From Clostridia bacterium (lineage in GTDB: Bacteria; Bacillota; Clostridia; Oscillospirales; CAG-272): 64,000 nucleotides of DNA. The first letter of the stretch is position 1. The number at the start of each line of letters is the position of its first letter. The notes below the pieces were generated by a model that did not search any database, had not been told where the DNA came from, and was given only the letters and a program-made list of their open reading frames with translations. The position numbers and the translations under genes were made by a program. Below, in pieces: positions 18,171-27,986 of this stretch. The stretch is taken from contig JAGBCV010000020.1 in NCBI GenBank assembly GCA_017937845.1, positions 4,945 to 68,944 of the forward strand, given 5' to 3'.

Positions 18171-18995
18171 ATGAGTATTGAACTTTTATGCTCCACGGGA
18201 ACGCTCGTGGGCAGGGCGAACGGCTTTAATCATATGCTCGTCGCCGAATATCACACACAGATCGAAGCGGAAGCCTTTGAGCTGATGATGCTGGAGGCTT
18301 TCTATGAAAAGCTTACGACGGTCGCCCGCGATCTGACGAGAGCAAACGTCGATATCCGTACCATTCATTTTGAAAAGGATATCACGGCGCTTCTCGGATT
18401 GCGCGGAGAGGAGGCACGCGGAGAGGGACTTCGCCGTTTTTCTCTCAACGCCGAAATGGGAAAAAGCGTCGGCGCAAAAAAAGCCGTTTTTCACCTTTGG
18501 GACGGCAGATTTTCCCCCGAACAGATCGAAAACGTCATCGCGCTTCTCGATACGCTCTACGAGATCTGCGAGAGGAACGGGCTTGAGCTTGTCGTGGAAA
18601 ACGTGCCCGCGAGAAAGCCCTCGCCGTATGAAAACGTCGAGGAGATCGCGCGCCGTTATCCAAAATCGCGCTTCACCTTTGATACGCGCCATTGTCATTT
18701 TATGGGGCAGATCGATACGTTTTTTGAAAGCCCTCTTTGGCGTGACCGCATCGGACATTTGCACGTCAGCGACTATAACGGCAAGACCGTTCCCGAAATG
18801 TGGGGCGTGACCCGTCCGATTTTGCACCCGGGCGAGGGCATCATCGATTTTGACGCGCTCTTTGAGAAAATGCCGCCCTGCGGCGCGGAAACGCTGACCC
18901 TTGAATCCCCCGTGATCGGTGCGGACGGCACGCTCGATATCGAAAAACTCAACAAAACGCTTCGCTATCTCGCTTCCAAAATGAAAAATTTATGA
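18171..18995 (+). CDS. Xylose-isomerase-like TIM-barrel protein (AP_endonuc_2 superfamily)
   Basis: 274 aa. The HLHVSDYNG block and the alternating beta/alpha pattern are typical of sugar-phosphate isomerase/epimerase or Endo IV-fold proteins. The ATG directly abuts the lexA stop. Confidence 0.6.
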   Translation: MSIELLCSTGTLVGRANGFNHMLVAEYHTQIEAEAFELMMLEAFYEKLTTVARDLTRANVDIRTIHFEKDITALLGLRGEEARGEGLRRFSLNAEMGKSVGAKKAVFHLWDGRFSPEQIENVIALLDTLYEICERNGLELVVENVPARKPSPYENVEEIARRYPKSRFTFDTRHCHFMGQIDTFFESPLWRDRIGHLHVSDYNGKTVPEMWGVTRPILHPGEGIIDFDALFEKMPPCGAETLTLESPVIGADGTLDIEKLNKTLRYLASKMKNL

Positions 18996-19043
18996 CTTTT
19001 TTGTGAAGAATCGAATCTTTCGGAGAAATTCAGCGAAAAAAGG

Positions 19044-19072
19044 TTGCAATTTTTTCAAAGATGTGATATGAT
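19044..19072 (+). promoter_or_regulatory. Candidate sigma-A promoter
   Basis: TTGCAA, 17-nt spacer, TGaTATGAT. Confidence 0.5.
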
Positions 19073-19129
19073 AGGATAGTTATAAAAATTATGAAAAACG
19101 CTTTGATTCAGAAAGGACTTGTGAATTTT

Positions 19130-20560
19130 ATGAAAAAATTGCTTTGTCTTGCGCTCGCTCTTTTGATGTGCGTTTCCGTTTTTGCCGGATGCGGAAAATT
19201 CAATATGGACAGCGCAGACCTCGAATCCTATGTCACGCTTGCTGACATTGGTGAATTTTCCTACGATGACCTTGTAAAGCATTACAACGAATACCGCGTG
19301 GCGCTCGGCGAAAGCTCCAAGAGCTTCTATATGGGTACGGGCTACCGCGCATCCTTTGACGTAACTGCCGAGATCGTAAACGAGGACGGTACGACAAGCA
19401 CCGTTGCCGATTGGACTCGCAATACCGATGCCGATTACGTAAAGGATTACGACATCTACCGCTACACCGCAAACGCTATGTTCGATAAAGCGCTTGCATA
19501 TAACCTTACCGATGCTTCCAAGAGCACCAATACACCCCGTCTTATCCGCGCAGGCGAAGCGTTCTCCTTCACCATGCCCATCGATAAGGACTATGAAAAC
19601 GCAGACGTTGCGGGCAAGACCGTGAAGTTCACCGTAAACGTCAGAAGCGTTCTTCCCGCGGTTTACAGCGACAGCTATATCGCGGAAGACCTCCAGAAGT
19701 TCTATGACAAATATGCAGCCTCCAAGGAGACCATCGAGCTTGGCGACAGCGTTCAGATCGACTTTACCGGTAAGATCGACGGCAAGACCTTTGACGGCGG
19801 TACAGGTAAGGACTTCGTCTTCGTCGTTGGCGAGGGCGGCTTCGTTGCCGACTTTGAAGCACAGCTCGTCGGTCACAAAAAGGGCGAAAAGTTTGATATC
19901 ACCATCACGTTCCCCGCAGATTACGAGGAAGAAGACCTCGCAGGTAAGATCGCCGTTTTCAGCATCAAGGTTGACGACGTTGCAAACGACAGCGCCATCA
20001 TTTCCGACAACACTCCCTTTACCGATATCTGGGAGCTCAAGGAATACTACCGTATCATGCACTATATCGAGTTTGCGATCGTAGATTACGTTGCGGACAA
20101 GTCCACACTCGTTTCTCTCCCCGATAAGCTCGTCGGCGATTTCGAGGATATTTACGAGGACTACGTAAAGCGTGAGATCACAGATTCCATTCTTCTTTAC
20201 GCTGAACAGGGTGAGACCTACACCAAGGCGGAAATGAAAGAAAAGCTCTATCCCGATGGTAGCGACAAGACCTACGTGGAGGAAATGGCAAAGGATGCGG
20301 CTTATAACTACATTCTCGTGCATCTTCTCATGAAGGAGCTTGACCTTGAATATGCCGAAAAGCATTACAAGAGAGACGTTGCTAAGATCGCAGAGGAATA
20401 CACTGCTTATTACGGCGAGGATTACACCGCGAAGGACGTTGAAAAGATGATGGGCGAAGAAGTGCTTCTTCTCTCCTTCCTTGACGCGCTCGTTGCGGAA
20501 GAGCTTGTAAAGAGAGTTGCCGATGCTCCTGAGTTTCGTGTTTTGGAAACCGAAAAATAA
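19130..20560 (+). CDS. Lipoprotein with a trigger-factor-type FKBP PPIase domain and a trigger-factor C-terminal-like domain
   Basis: MKKLLCLALALLMCVSVFAGC carries a lipobox. DSVQIDFTGKIDGKTFDGGTGKDFVFVVGEGGFVADFEAQLVGHKKGEKF matches the Tig PPIase domain. No ribosome-binding GFRxGxxP motif is present. An alternative start is at 19091. Confidence 0.75.
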   Translation: MKKLLCLALALLMCVSVFAGCGKFNMDSADLESYVTLADIGEFSYDDLVKHYNEYRVALGESSKSFYMGTGYRASFDVTAEIVNEDGTTSTVADWTRNTDADYVKDYDIYRYTANAMFDKALAYNLTDASKSTNTPRLIRAGEAFSFTMPIDKDYENADVAGKTVKFTVNVRSVLPAVYSDSYIAEDLQKFYDKYAASKETIELGDSVQIDFTGKIDGKTFDGGTGKDFVFVVGEGGFVADFEAQLVGHKKGEKFDITITFPADYEEEDLAGKIAVFSIKVDDVANDSAIISDNTPFTDIWELKEYYRIMHYIEFAIVDYVADKSTLVSLPDKLVGDFEDIYEDYVKREITDSILLYAEQGETYTKAEMKEKLYPDGSDKTYVEEMAKDAAYNYILVHLLMKELDLEYAEKHYKRDVAKIAEEYTAYYGEDYTAKDVEKMMGEEVLLLSFLDALVAEELVKRVADAPEFRVLETEK

Positions 20561-20570
20561 TTGACACTGA

Positions 20571-20606
20571 CAGCCGAAACATCTCTGTTTCGGCTGTGCT
20601 TTTTTC
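20571..20606 (+). terminator. Intrinsic terminator
   Basis: CAGCCGAAAC-ATCTCT-GTTTCGGCTG followed by TGCTTTTTTC. Confidence 0.75.
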
Positions 20607-20629
20607 TGATTTGGAAAGGATTTTTTGAA

Positions 20630-21400
20630 ATGTTAAAATTTATCGTTTGTCTTTTGGCGGGGCTTGGCGCAGGGGTCGGAACGGGTCTTTCGGGACTTTC
20701 CGCGGCGGCTGTCATCTCTCCGATGCTCATTACGTTCCTTGGCTTTGACCCCTACGAAGCGGTCGGTATCGCGCTTGCTTCCGACGTGCTCGCTTCTGCC
20801 GTTTCCGCGTATACATACGGAAAAAATAAGAATTTGGATATCAAAAACGGGCTTGTCATGCTCGCTTCCGTTCTCGTTTTCACGATGGTCGGCAGTTTTG
20901 TTGCCACACTCGTTCCGTCGTCCACGATGGGCTCTTTCTCCGTTTTCATGACGTTTCTTCTCGGTGTGAAATTCATTTTGAAGCCCGTTATGACGACGAA
21001 AGAGGCGATGGCGGAGAAGAGCGCGAAGCAGAAGTTTATTCAGTCCCTCATCTGCGGTATGCTCATCGGCTTTATCTGCGGATTTATCGGCGCGGGCGGC
21101 GGTATGATGCTTCTCCTTGTGCTGACGAGCGTGCTTGGGTATGACCTCAAGACTGCGGTCGGCACGAGCGTTTTCATCATGACCTTTACCGCGCTTACGG
21201 GTGCCGTTTCGCATTTCGTTTTGGACGGCGCGATGCCCGACCTTATCGCACTTGCACTTTGTGTGGTCTTTACCTTCGTCGGCGCACAGGTGGCGGCAAG
21301 ATTTGCCAACAAATCTACGCCCAAGACCATGAACCGCGCAACAGGCGTGGTGCTGACCGTGCTTGGCGCTGCGATGATCGTTGTGAATTTTATCAAATGA
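20630..21400 (+). CDS. TauE/SafE-family anion exporter
   Basis: About 256 aa starting from ATG 20630. Polytopic, with duplicated glycine-rich TM repeats (AGLGAGVGTGLSGLSAAAV, GFIGAGGGMMLLLVL). Confidence 0.75.
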   Translation: MLKFIVCLLAGLGAGVGTGLSGLSAAAVISPMLITFLGFDPYEAVGIALASDVLASAVSAYTYGKNKNLDIKNGLVMLASVLVFTMVGSFVATLVPSSTMGSFSVFMTFLLGVKFILKPVMTTKEAMAEKSAKQKFIQSLICGMLIGFICGFIGAGGGMMLLLVLTSVLGYDLKTAVGTSVFIMTFTALTGAVSHFVLDGAMPDLIALALCVVFTFVGAQVAARFANKSTPKTMNRATGVVLTVLGAAMIVVNFIK

Positions 21401-21407
21401 GAACTTG

Positions 21408-21436
21408 AAAAGGAGGCATGAGCCTCCTTTTGTTTT
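21408..21436 (+). terminator. Intrinsic terminator
   Basis: AAAAGGAGGC-ATGA-GCCTCCTTTT followed by GTTTT. Confidence 0.75.
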
Positions 21437-21620
21437 GCGGAAAATGTTCGGGATTTCACAGTAATTTAACATTTATTTTCCCAAAACTATGGAAAAAGAA
21501 AAGATTATGTGATATAATAAACTATGTATAGTATTTTTGAAAACAGAAATTTGCTTCTCTTTCTGCGCGTATGAACGCGCTTATGATAGATAGCCGAAAG
21601 GAATAGGATAGACTCAGATT

Positions 21621-23975
21621 ATGATTACAACCGAAAGCATCAAAAAGCACACGATGCCGTGTGCCATCATGCGAAATCTCGTGGCATTCCCTGGGATTCC
21701 CATGACCATCGATATGGATAAAGGTCCTGCTAAAAAAATATTTGAGACCGCCGCAAAAGAGGGTACGCCCGTTTTCATCGTATGCCAAAAGGACCCGATG
21801 GAAGAAGCCATTGATATGAATGGCGTTCACAGCGTCGGCGTTACCGCGAGAATTAAGCAAGTCGTCAAGACCCAGAGCGGGATTTTTCGCGTTGTCGTCG
21901 AACCGCTTGCCAGAGCGGTTTTGACGGGCTTTACGGACGAAAAGATGCAGACCGCGGAAATCTTTGAAAAGACCGTAAACGAAGACGACGGCGAGCTTCG
22001 TTCCCGTGCGCTTCTCCGTGAGATCAAGGGCATTATGCACGATTTTTCCAAATACGCGCCGAAATTTTCCAGAGAATTTTGGCTTCTTTTCGATAGCATC
22101 CGCGATCTTGGTCAGGCTTGCGACTTTGCGGCGGAAAATCTCCTGCCCGACGTGGACGACAAGCAGACCCTGCTTGAAGAATTTTCCGCGACCGCAAGGG
22201 CGGGTAAGCTCATCAATATGCTCGAAGCGGAAAAAGCCATTCTGGAAGAACGCGCCGCCATCAAAAAAGAAGTCGACGAGCGAATGAAAAAGAATCAACG
22301 TGACTATTATCTTCGTGAACAGCTGAAAGTGATTCATGAGGAGCTTGGCGACGATGACGAATACGATGACGATGACCTCCGCGAATTTGCCGAAAAGCTC
22401 GAAAAGGGTAATTATCCCGAAAAGGTCAAACAGACCCTCACCAAGGAGATCAAGCGCCTTGCACGTATCCCGTTCGGCTCTGCGGAAAATACCGTTCTTC
22501 GCAACTATATTGAAATTTGCCTTGAAATTCCGTATCTCACCGCGACCGAGGAACGCATCGACATTCCCGAGGTGCAGAAGATCCTCGACGAGGATCACGA
22601 CGGACTCACCAAGGTCAAGGAGCGCATCATTGAATATCTCGCCGCGCTCAAACTCAATCCCGAGCTGAAAGGTCAGATCATCTGTCTTGTAGGTCCTCCC
22701 GGAACGGGTAAGACCTCGATCGCGACCTCCATCGCACGCGCTACGAACCGCAAATTTGTCCGCGTATCCCTCGGCGGTGTGCATGACGAAGCGGAGATCC
22801 GCGGTCATCGAAAGACCTATATCGGCTCGATGCCCGGTCGAATCGTGAACGCGCTGATCGAGGCGAAAGCGAATAACCCCCTTATTTTGCTCGATGAGAT
22901 CGACAAAATGGCAAGCGATATGCGCGGTGACCCCGCTTCTGCGATGCTCGAGGTCCTCGACCGCGAACAGAATAAGACCTTCCGCGATAACTTCGTGGAG
23001 CTTCCCATCGACCTTTCCAACTGTATGTTCATCACGACGGCGAACAGCCTCGAAACCATCTCCCGTCCGCTTCTCGACAGAATGGAGGTCATCGAGCTTC
23101 GCGCCTATACGCGCCCCGAAAAATATGCCATCGCACGCAACCATCTCATTCCTAAGCAGATGAAAAAGCACGGACTTCTTTCCCGTATGTTCAAGATGGA
23201 CGATGAAGCGATCTACGAGCTTATCGACTGCTATACGAGAGAAGCGGGTGTGCGTAATCTCGAACGTCAGATCGAAAAATGCTGCCGCCGCGCGGCGAAG
23301 ATCATCTCCTGCGAGGAGAAAAAGAGCGTTCGTGTCACGAAAAAGAATCTTTCTACCTTCGTTGGCGAGCAGAAGCTCCTGCGCGATACCATTTCCGCGG
23401 AAAATGAGATCGGTATCGTCAACGGCATGGCTTGGACCGAGCTTGGCGGCGATCTTCTCAAGATCGAAGCGATGGCGCTTCCCGGAAGCGGTCATCTTGA
23501 ACTCACGGGTCAGCTTGGCGACGTCATGAAGGAATCCGCAAAGGCGGCGATCAGCTACATACGCCGTGAATCCGAAAAACTCGGTATCGCGCCCGATTTC
23601 TATAAAACAAAGGATATCCATATCCACGTTCCCGAGGGCGCAGTTCCCAAGGACGGTCCCTCCGCAGGTATCACGATGATCACCGCGCTCGTCAGCGAGC
23701 TGACGGGCATTCCCGCAAGACGCGACGTTTCCATGACGGGTGAGATCACGCTCCACGGTAAGGTCATGGCGATCGGCGGACTCCGCGAAAAAACGATGGC
23801 GGCATATCTTGCAGGCGTAAAGACCATTCTCATTCCCAAGGACAACGAAAAGGATATCGCGGAAATTGCGGACGAGGTCAAAAATAACGTGGAGATCATC
23901 CCCGTTTCCCACGCAAAAGAAGCGCTCCTCATTGCGCTTGAAAAGGACCCCTATCAGAATAGAGGAGAAATATAA
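21621..23975 (+). CDS. lon: ATP-dependent Lon protease
   Basis: 784 aa. LON N-domain, Walker A GPPGTGKTS, and the protease block DGPSAGITM. Confidence 0.95.
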   Translation: MITTESIKKHTMPCAIMRNLVAFPGIPMTIDMDKGPAKKIFETAAKEGTPVFIVCQKDPMEEAIDMNGVHSVGVTARIKQVVKTQSGIFRVVVEPLARAVLTGFTDEKMQTAEIFEKTVNEDDGELRSRALLREIKGIMHDFSKYAPKFSREFWLLFDSIRDLGQACDFAAENLLPDVDDKQTLLEEFSATARAGKLINMLEAEKAILEERAAIKKEVDERMKKNQRDYYLREQLKVIHEELGDDDEYDDDDLREFAEKLEKGNYPEKVKQTLTKEIKRLARIPFGSAENTVLRNYIEICLEIPYLTATEERIDIPEVQKILDEDHDGLTKVKERIIEYLAALKLNPELKGQIICLVGPPGTGKTSIATSIARATNRKFVRVSLGGVHDEAEIRGHRKTYIGSMPGRIVNALIEAKANNPLILLDEIDKMASDMRGDPASAMLEVLDREQNKTFRDNFVELPIDLSNCMFITTANSLETISRPLLDRMEVIELRAYTRPEKYAIARNHLIPKQMKKHGLLSRMFKMDDEAIYELIDCYTREAGVRNLERQIEKCCRRAAKIISCEEKKSVRVTKKNLSTFVGEQKLLRDTISAENEIGIVNGMAWTELGGDLLKIEAMALPGSGHLELTGQLGDVMKESAKAAISYIRRESEKLGIAPDFYKTKDIHIHVPEGAVPKDGPSAGITMITALVSELTGIPARRDVSMTGEITLHGKVMAIGGLREKTMAAYLAGVKTILIPKDNEKDIAEIADEVKNNVEIIPVSHAKEALLIALEKDPYQNRGEI

Positions 23976-23977
23976 CT

Positions 23978-24583
23978 ATGTTGAATATGCAAAACGTCGT
24001 TCTCAAAATGACGGCGGGCAGAAAAGACCAATTTCCGCGCGACGGACATGTGCAGATCGCCCTTTCGGGGCGCTCCAACGTCGGCAAAAGCTCTCTTATC
24101 AACACCTTGCTCGGCAGAAAGAGCTTTGCCCGCACCAGCGCACAGCCCGGTAAGACCATCACCATCAACTTCTATGAGGTTGACAAAAAGCTCTATCTCG
24201 TTGACCTCCCCGGCTACGGCTATGCGCGCCGCTCTGCGGATTCGCGCCGCGTTTGGGCAGGACTTACAAACGATTATCTGGAAGCAGGCACGATGCAGAT
24301 GGCCTTTCAGCTCATCGACCTCAAGGTGGGTCCCACGGAGGACGATTACATGATGCTCGATTGGCTCAACGCCAACCATGTACCCTACGTCGTCGTCGCA
24401 ACGAAATCCGACAAGCTCGGCACGACGGCGAGAAACGCCAATTTCGATGCGCTTACGAGCCACCCCTATCTCAATCCGCCCTACGCCGACGAGAAGATCA
24501 AGGTCGTTATGTTTTCTTCTCAGAACGGTACGGGCAAGCAGGAGCTTTTGACAATCTTATCCGATCTTACTACGAAAAAATAA
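23978..24583 (+). CDS. engB: Ribosome-biogenesis GTPase EngB/YsxC
   Basis: GRSNVGKSSLINTL G1 motif and DLPGYGYA G3 motif. Its position after lon is the conserved one. Confidence 0.92.
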   Translation: MLNMQNVVLKMTAGRKDQFPRDGHVQIALSGRSNVGKSSLINTLLGRKSFARTSAQPGKTITINFYEVDKKLYLVDLPGYGYARRSADSRRVWAGLTNDYLEAGTMQMAFQLIDLKVGPTEDDYMMLDWLNANHVPYVVVATKSDKLGTTARNANFDALTSHPYLNPPYADEKIKVVMFSSQNGTGKQELLTILSDLTTKK

Positions 24584-24606
24584 TGGTATAAGAAGGAAAA
24601 ATCCCT

Positions 24607-25329
24607 ATGATGGATGCGAACTATTTGATTTCGATACTGCTTTCGATCCCGGGCGTATTTTTGGCGCTTGCCGTGCATGAATGTGCACATGGCTGGATGT
24701 CCTATAAGCTCGGCGACCCGACGGCAAAAAATCTCGGCAGACTGACGCTCAACCCCGTAAAGCATATCGACCCCATTGGTCTGATCTGCATGGTCCTGTT
24801 TCACTTCGGTTGGGCAAAGCCTGTTCCCGTAAACGCGAGATATTATAAAAAACCGCGCCGCGATATGGCGCTTGTGGCGGCGGCAGGACCCATCTCCAAT
24901 ATCCTCATGTCGCTTATCGGTGTGCTCCTTTTGCATATCGTGTATCTTTTGTATTCGTTTTCTCCCGATGCGATCCCGTTTGGTGTGCTTTGGGTTACCG
25001 CCCTTTTTGAAACGCCGCTCGATATGGAGCTTGGCGGTAAGCTGATGTATCTGCTCTTCGTCTTTTTACAGCAGTTTTCCATTTTGAACGTCAGCCTTGC
25101 GGTATTCAATCTGATTCCCGTACCGCCGCTCGACGGTTCTCGCATTGCGTACATCTTTCTTCCCACAAAGGTTTATTTCGGACTTATGCGCTACGAGCGC
25201 TATATCATGATGGCGCTTTTCGTTCTGATCGCGGTCGGCGCGCTGAACGGATTCCTCGGAAACCTTTCGCTTAACCTTTTCAACGGTATCGTCAACCTTG
25301 TACGTCTGATCCCCATCTTTCGGTTTTGA
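24607..25329 (+). CDS. Site-2 protease family (M50) membrane metalloprotease
   Basis: HECAHGW HExxH motif within a TM segment, and NLIPVPPLDGSRI second zinc-ligand block. Confidence 0.85.
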   Translation: MMDANYLISILLSIPGVFLALAVHECAHGWMSYKLGDPTAKNLGRLTLNPVKHIDPIGLICMVLFHFGWAKPVPVNARYYKKPRRDMALVAAAGPISNILMSLIGVLLLHIVYLLYSFSPDAIPFGVLWVTALFETPLDMELGGKLMYLLFVFLQQFSILNVSLAVFNLIPVPPLDGSRIAYIFLPTKVYFGLMRYERYIMMALFVLIAVGALNGFLGNLSLNLFNGIVNLVRLIPIFRF

Positions 25330-25365
25330 CCGATCTTTTCGCAACTTGCGACCTCGGAGGTATGT

Positions 25366-26130
25366 TTGGAACAGCTTGTTTTCAAAATGGAGGTCTTTGA
25401 AGGACCTCTCGATCTTTTGCTCTCTCTCATTGCCAAGCATAAAATGGATATCCGCGATATTCAGATCGCCATTATCTTTGACCAATATATGGAATACGTC
25501 GAAGAAATGAAGCGTATGGATATGGAGATCGCAGGGGAATTTATTACGATGGCATCGGAGCTGATGTATATCAAGAGCCGCATGCTTCTTCCCAAGCAAG
25601 AGGAGGACCCGCGAGAGGAGCTTGTCCGCGTCCTCATGGAATACAAGACCGCAAAGGAGGTCGCCAAGTGGCTTTCCGAGCGCGAGGACGACTTTGCGGG
25701 TCGGTTTGAAAAGGATACGGACGAGATCAAGCCCGACCGTGGGATCCTTGAAAATATGGACGCAAGGCTCCTCACCAAGGCTTTGGAAAAATTGCTTCTC
25801 CGTATGGGCGAGCGCCACAAGGTCGAGGAAGAACGGCCGATGGATAAGATCGCGCCCATCATCAAGCGTCCCATCGTTCCCGTTTCGCAAAAGGTCATTT
25901 CCGTTTTGCGATTCATGTATCGCCGTCGTTCGGCGCATTTTGACGAGCTTTTCGAGGATGCGACGAGCCGCTCGGAGATCGTGGCGATATTTTATGCGAC
26001 GCTCGAACTTTTGAAGGTCGGACGCATTACGCTCCAAAAAGAGGTCGGGGACGTTACCAATTCCAATATTATTCTGAATTTCAATATGACACATAAACGC
26101 GACGAAAAGGAGGACGGTGCCGATGCTTGA
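25366..26130 (+). CDS. scpA: Segregation and condensation protein A
   Basis: FEGPLDLLLSLIAKHKMDIRDIQIA N-terminus. The TTG start at 25366 has GGAGG 5 nt upstream. An alternative ATG is at 25387. Confidence 0.9.
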   Translation: MEQLVFKMEVFEGPLDLLLSLIAKHKMDIRDIQIAIIFDQYMEYVEEMKRMDMEIAGEFITMASELMYIKSRMLLPKQEEDPREELVRVLMEYKTAKEVAKWLSEREDDFAGRFEKDTDEIKPDRGILENMDARLLTKALEKLLLRMGERHKVEEERPMDKIAPIIKRPIVPVSQKVISVLRFMYRRRSAHFDELFEDATSRSEIVAIFYATLELLKVGRITLQKEVGDVTNSNIILNFNMTHKRDEKEDGADA

Positions 26131-26674
26131 AGGAAAGCTCATGACAAAAGAAGAAGCCAAGCGCATTTTGGAGGCTGTCCTTTTCGCGGCGGGGCATCCC
26201 GTGACGTTTGAAAAGCTCGGAGAGGTCCTCGGTATCTCCGCCGAGGAAGCGGAAGCGCTCGCCGCAGATTACGCGAAAGAATATGAATCCTGCGGACTTC
26301 CGAGAGGAATACAGCTTCTCATTCTCGGAAAAGCGTGTCAGCTCGTGACAAAGGAGGTCTTCGCCCCCTATATCAAGGAGGCGCTGGGCATCAAGGACGG
26401 CGGGAATCTTTCCAAGGCGTCGCTCGAAACGCTCGCGGTCGTGGCGTATAATCAGCCCGTTACCCGCGCTTATATCGAGCAGGTACGCGGGGTGGACAGC
26501 TCGTATTCCGTCGGCGTTCTGACCGAGCGGGAGCTGATCGAAGAAAAGGGCAGGCTGGACGTTCCCGGCAGACCGCGCCTTTACGGCACGACGGAGAATT
26601 TTCTCCGTGTGTTCGGGCTTTCGAGCCTTTCCGAGCTGCCGCCGCTGAAGATTGCAGATGGTGATGTGATATGA
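26123..26674 (+). CDS. scpB: Segregation and condensation protein B
   Basis: ILEAVLFAAGHPVTFEKL, VAYNQPVTRAYIEQVRGV and GRPRLYGTT blocks. ATG 26123 lies 9 nt after AAGGAGG and overlaps the scpA end. Confidence 0.9.
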   Translation: MLEGKLMTKEEAKRILEAVLFAAGHPVTFEKLGEVLGISAEEAEALAADYAKEYESCGLPRGIQLLILGKACQLVTKEVFAPYIKEALGIKDGGNLSKASLETLAVVAYNQPVTRAYIEQVRGVDSSYSVGVLTERELIEEKGRLDVPGRPRLYGTTENFLRVFGLSSLSELPPLKIADGDVI

Positions 26675-27345
26675 CGGCGCTTTGGATCCTACTCGGCATT
26701 TTGGCTTTTTTCGTCATTCTCTTTTCGATCCCCATTCACGTCATCGTGGAGGCGGATTCGAGCTTGAACGCGAAGGTCTATGCGCGTGTTTTGTTCATCA
26801 AATATGCGCTTTTTCCCATGCAAAAGCGCAAGAAAAAGCCGAAAAAAGCAAAAAAATCGGGGAAAAAAGCCGTCCCGAAGCCTAAAAAACAGGCAAAAGC
26901 CACACCCAAACCCAAGCCCAAGCGCGATATCATCGGGCTTGTCAAGCTGATCTTGAAGCTGGTCTCTGCAGTTCTCAAAAAATTTCCGAGGCATTTTCGC
27001 GTGCGCGTTTTGCGATATGAAATATCGGTCGGAACGAAGGACGCGGCGAAGACTGCCATGGTCTACGGTGCTGTTACGGGACTTTCCGCAAACCTTTTCG
27101 AGCTTTTGAAAAAGGGTACGCGATTCCGCATCGGACGGAAAGCGCCTGTCGGCGTATACGCCAATTTCATCGGGGAAAAGACCGAAGCTTATATCTGTCT
27201 TGATATTTCGCTCACGATCACGGATGCGCTCCATATGGTGATGGCGGCGGGCCTTGCCTTCGTCAAGGCGAAAATGACCGCAAAGTCAAAGCCCCCAAAA
27301 AATGCAAACCCCCAAGCGACCCAAAATGAGCAAAGCAAAAAATAA
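26671..27345 (+). CDS. DUF2953/YtfI-like sporulation membrane protein
   Basis: N-terminal TM segment, a Lys-rich KKKPKKAKK spacer, and a position between scpB and ytfJ as in other sporeformers. The family name is recalled from memory. Confidence 0.6.
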   Translation: MTALWILLGILAFFVILFSIPIHVIVEADSSLNAKVYARVLFIKYALFPMQKRKKKPKKAKKSGKKAVPKPKKQAKATPKPKPKRDIIGLVKLILKLVSAVLKKFPRHFRVRVLRYEISVGTKDAAKTAMVYGAVTGLSANLFELLKKGTRFRIGRKAPVGVYANFIGEKTEAYICLDISLTITDALHMVMAAGLAFVKAKMTAKSKPPKNANPQATQNEQSKK

Positions 27346-27374
27346 CTGACTTTCTGTCAGAAAGGATATTTTGT

Positions 27375-27902
27375 ATGGATAATCAGAAACAAACACAGAA
27401 AAATAAAATCAGCGAGATGATCGAATCGGCGCTTGACAGTATCCGCGGTATCGCGGATTCGGGTACAGTCGTCGGTACTCCCGTTGAAACGGCACAGGGT
27501 ACGACCGTCATTCCCGTTTCCAAGGTTTCTGTCGGCTTTGCGGGCGGCGGTAACGATTTCACGGGCAAAACGGGGAGCGATGGCAAAAACGTCTTCAGCG
27601 GCGGCGGCGGTACGGGTATCTCCGTGACACCGCAGGCGTTTCTCGTCGTTTCGGCGGACGGTCACGTGGAGCTTCTCAGCCTTGCCAACCCCACGGGCGC
27701 GGCCCCGATGAGCACGGTCGGCGCTTCCATCGACGCGCTGATCGACAGAGCGCCCGAGATCATCGAAAAGGTCAAGGGTATCGTGGCTTCCAAGAAGAAA
27801 AAAGATGAAAATAAGGCGGAAAACGCACCTGCGGAAACGGCAAACGATGCCGCAGACGCCGCAGACAATACAGCAGACGAAGCGCAAGCGGAGTCAAAAT
27901 GA
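27375..27902 (+). CDS. ytfJ: Sporulation protein YtfJ (GerW family)
   Basis: VGTPVETAQGTTVIPVSKVSVGFAGGG and GGGGTGISVTPQAFLVV blocks. Confidence 0.85.
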   Translation: MDNQKQTQKNKISEMIESALDSIRGIADSGTVVGTPVETAQGTTVIPVSKVSVGFAGGGNDFTGKTGSDGKNVFSGGGGTGISVTPQAFLVVSADGHVELLSLANPTGAAPMSTVGASIDALIDRAPEIIEKVKGIVASKKKKDENKAENAPAETANDAADAADNTADEAQAESK

Positions 27903-27986
27903 TCTGAATTTCATATGATGCTTTTCAAAGCGTCATAGATGCAACATTTTCCTCATATGATGTATAAGAGTAATATATGGGGGAAA

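Noticed and set aside
21522-23912. A 796-aa minus-strand ORF
   Set aside because: It is entirely antisense to lon, whose identity is unambiguous. It has no motifs and no RBS.
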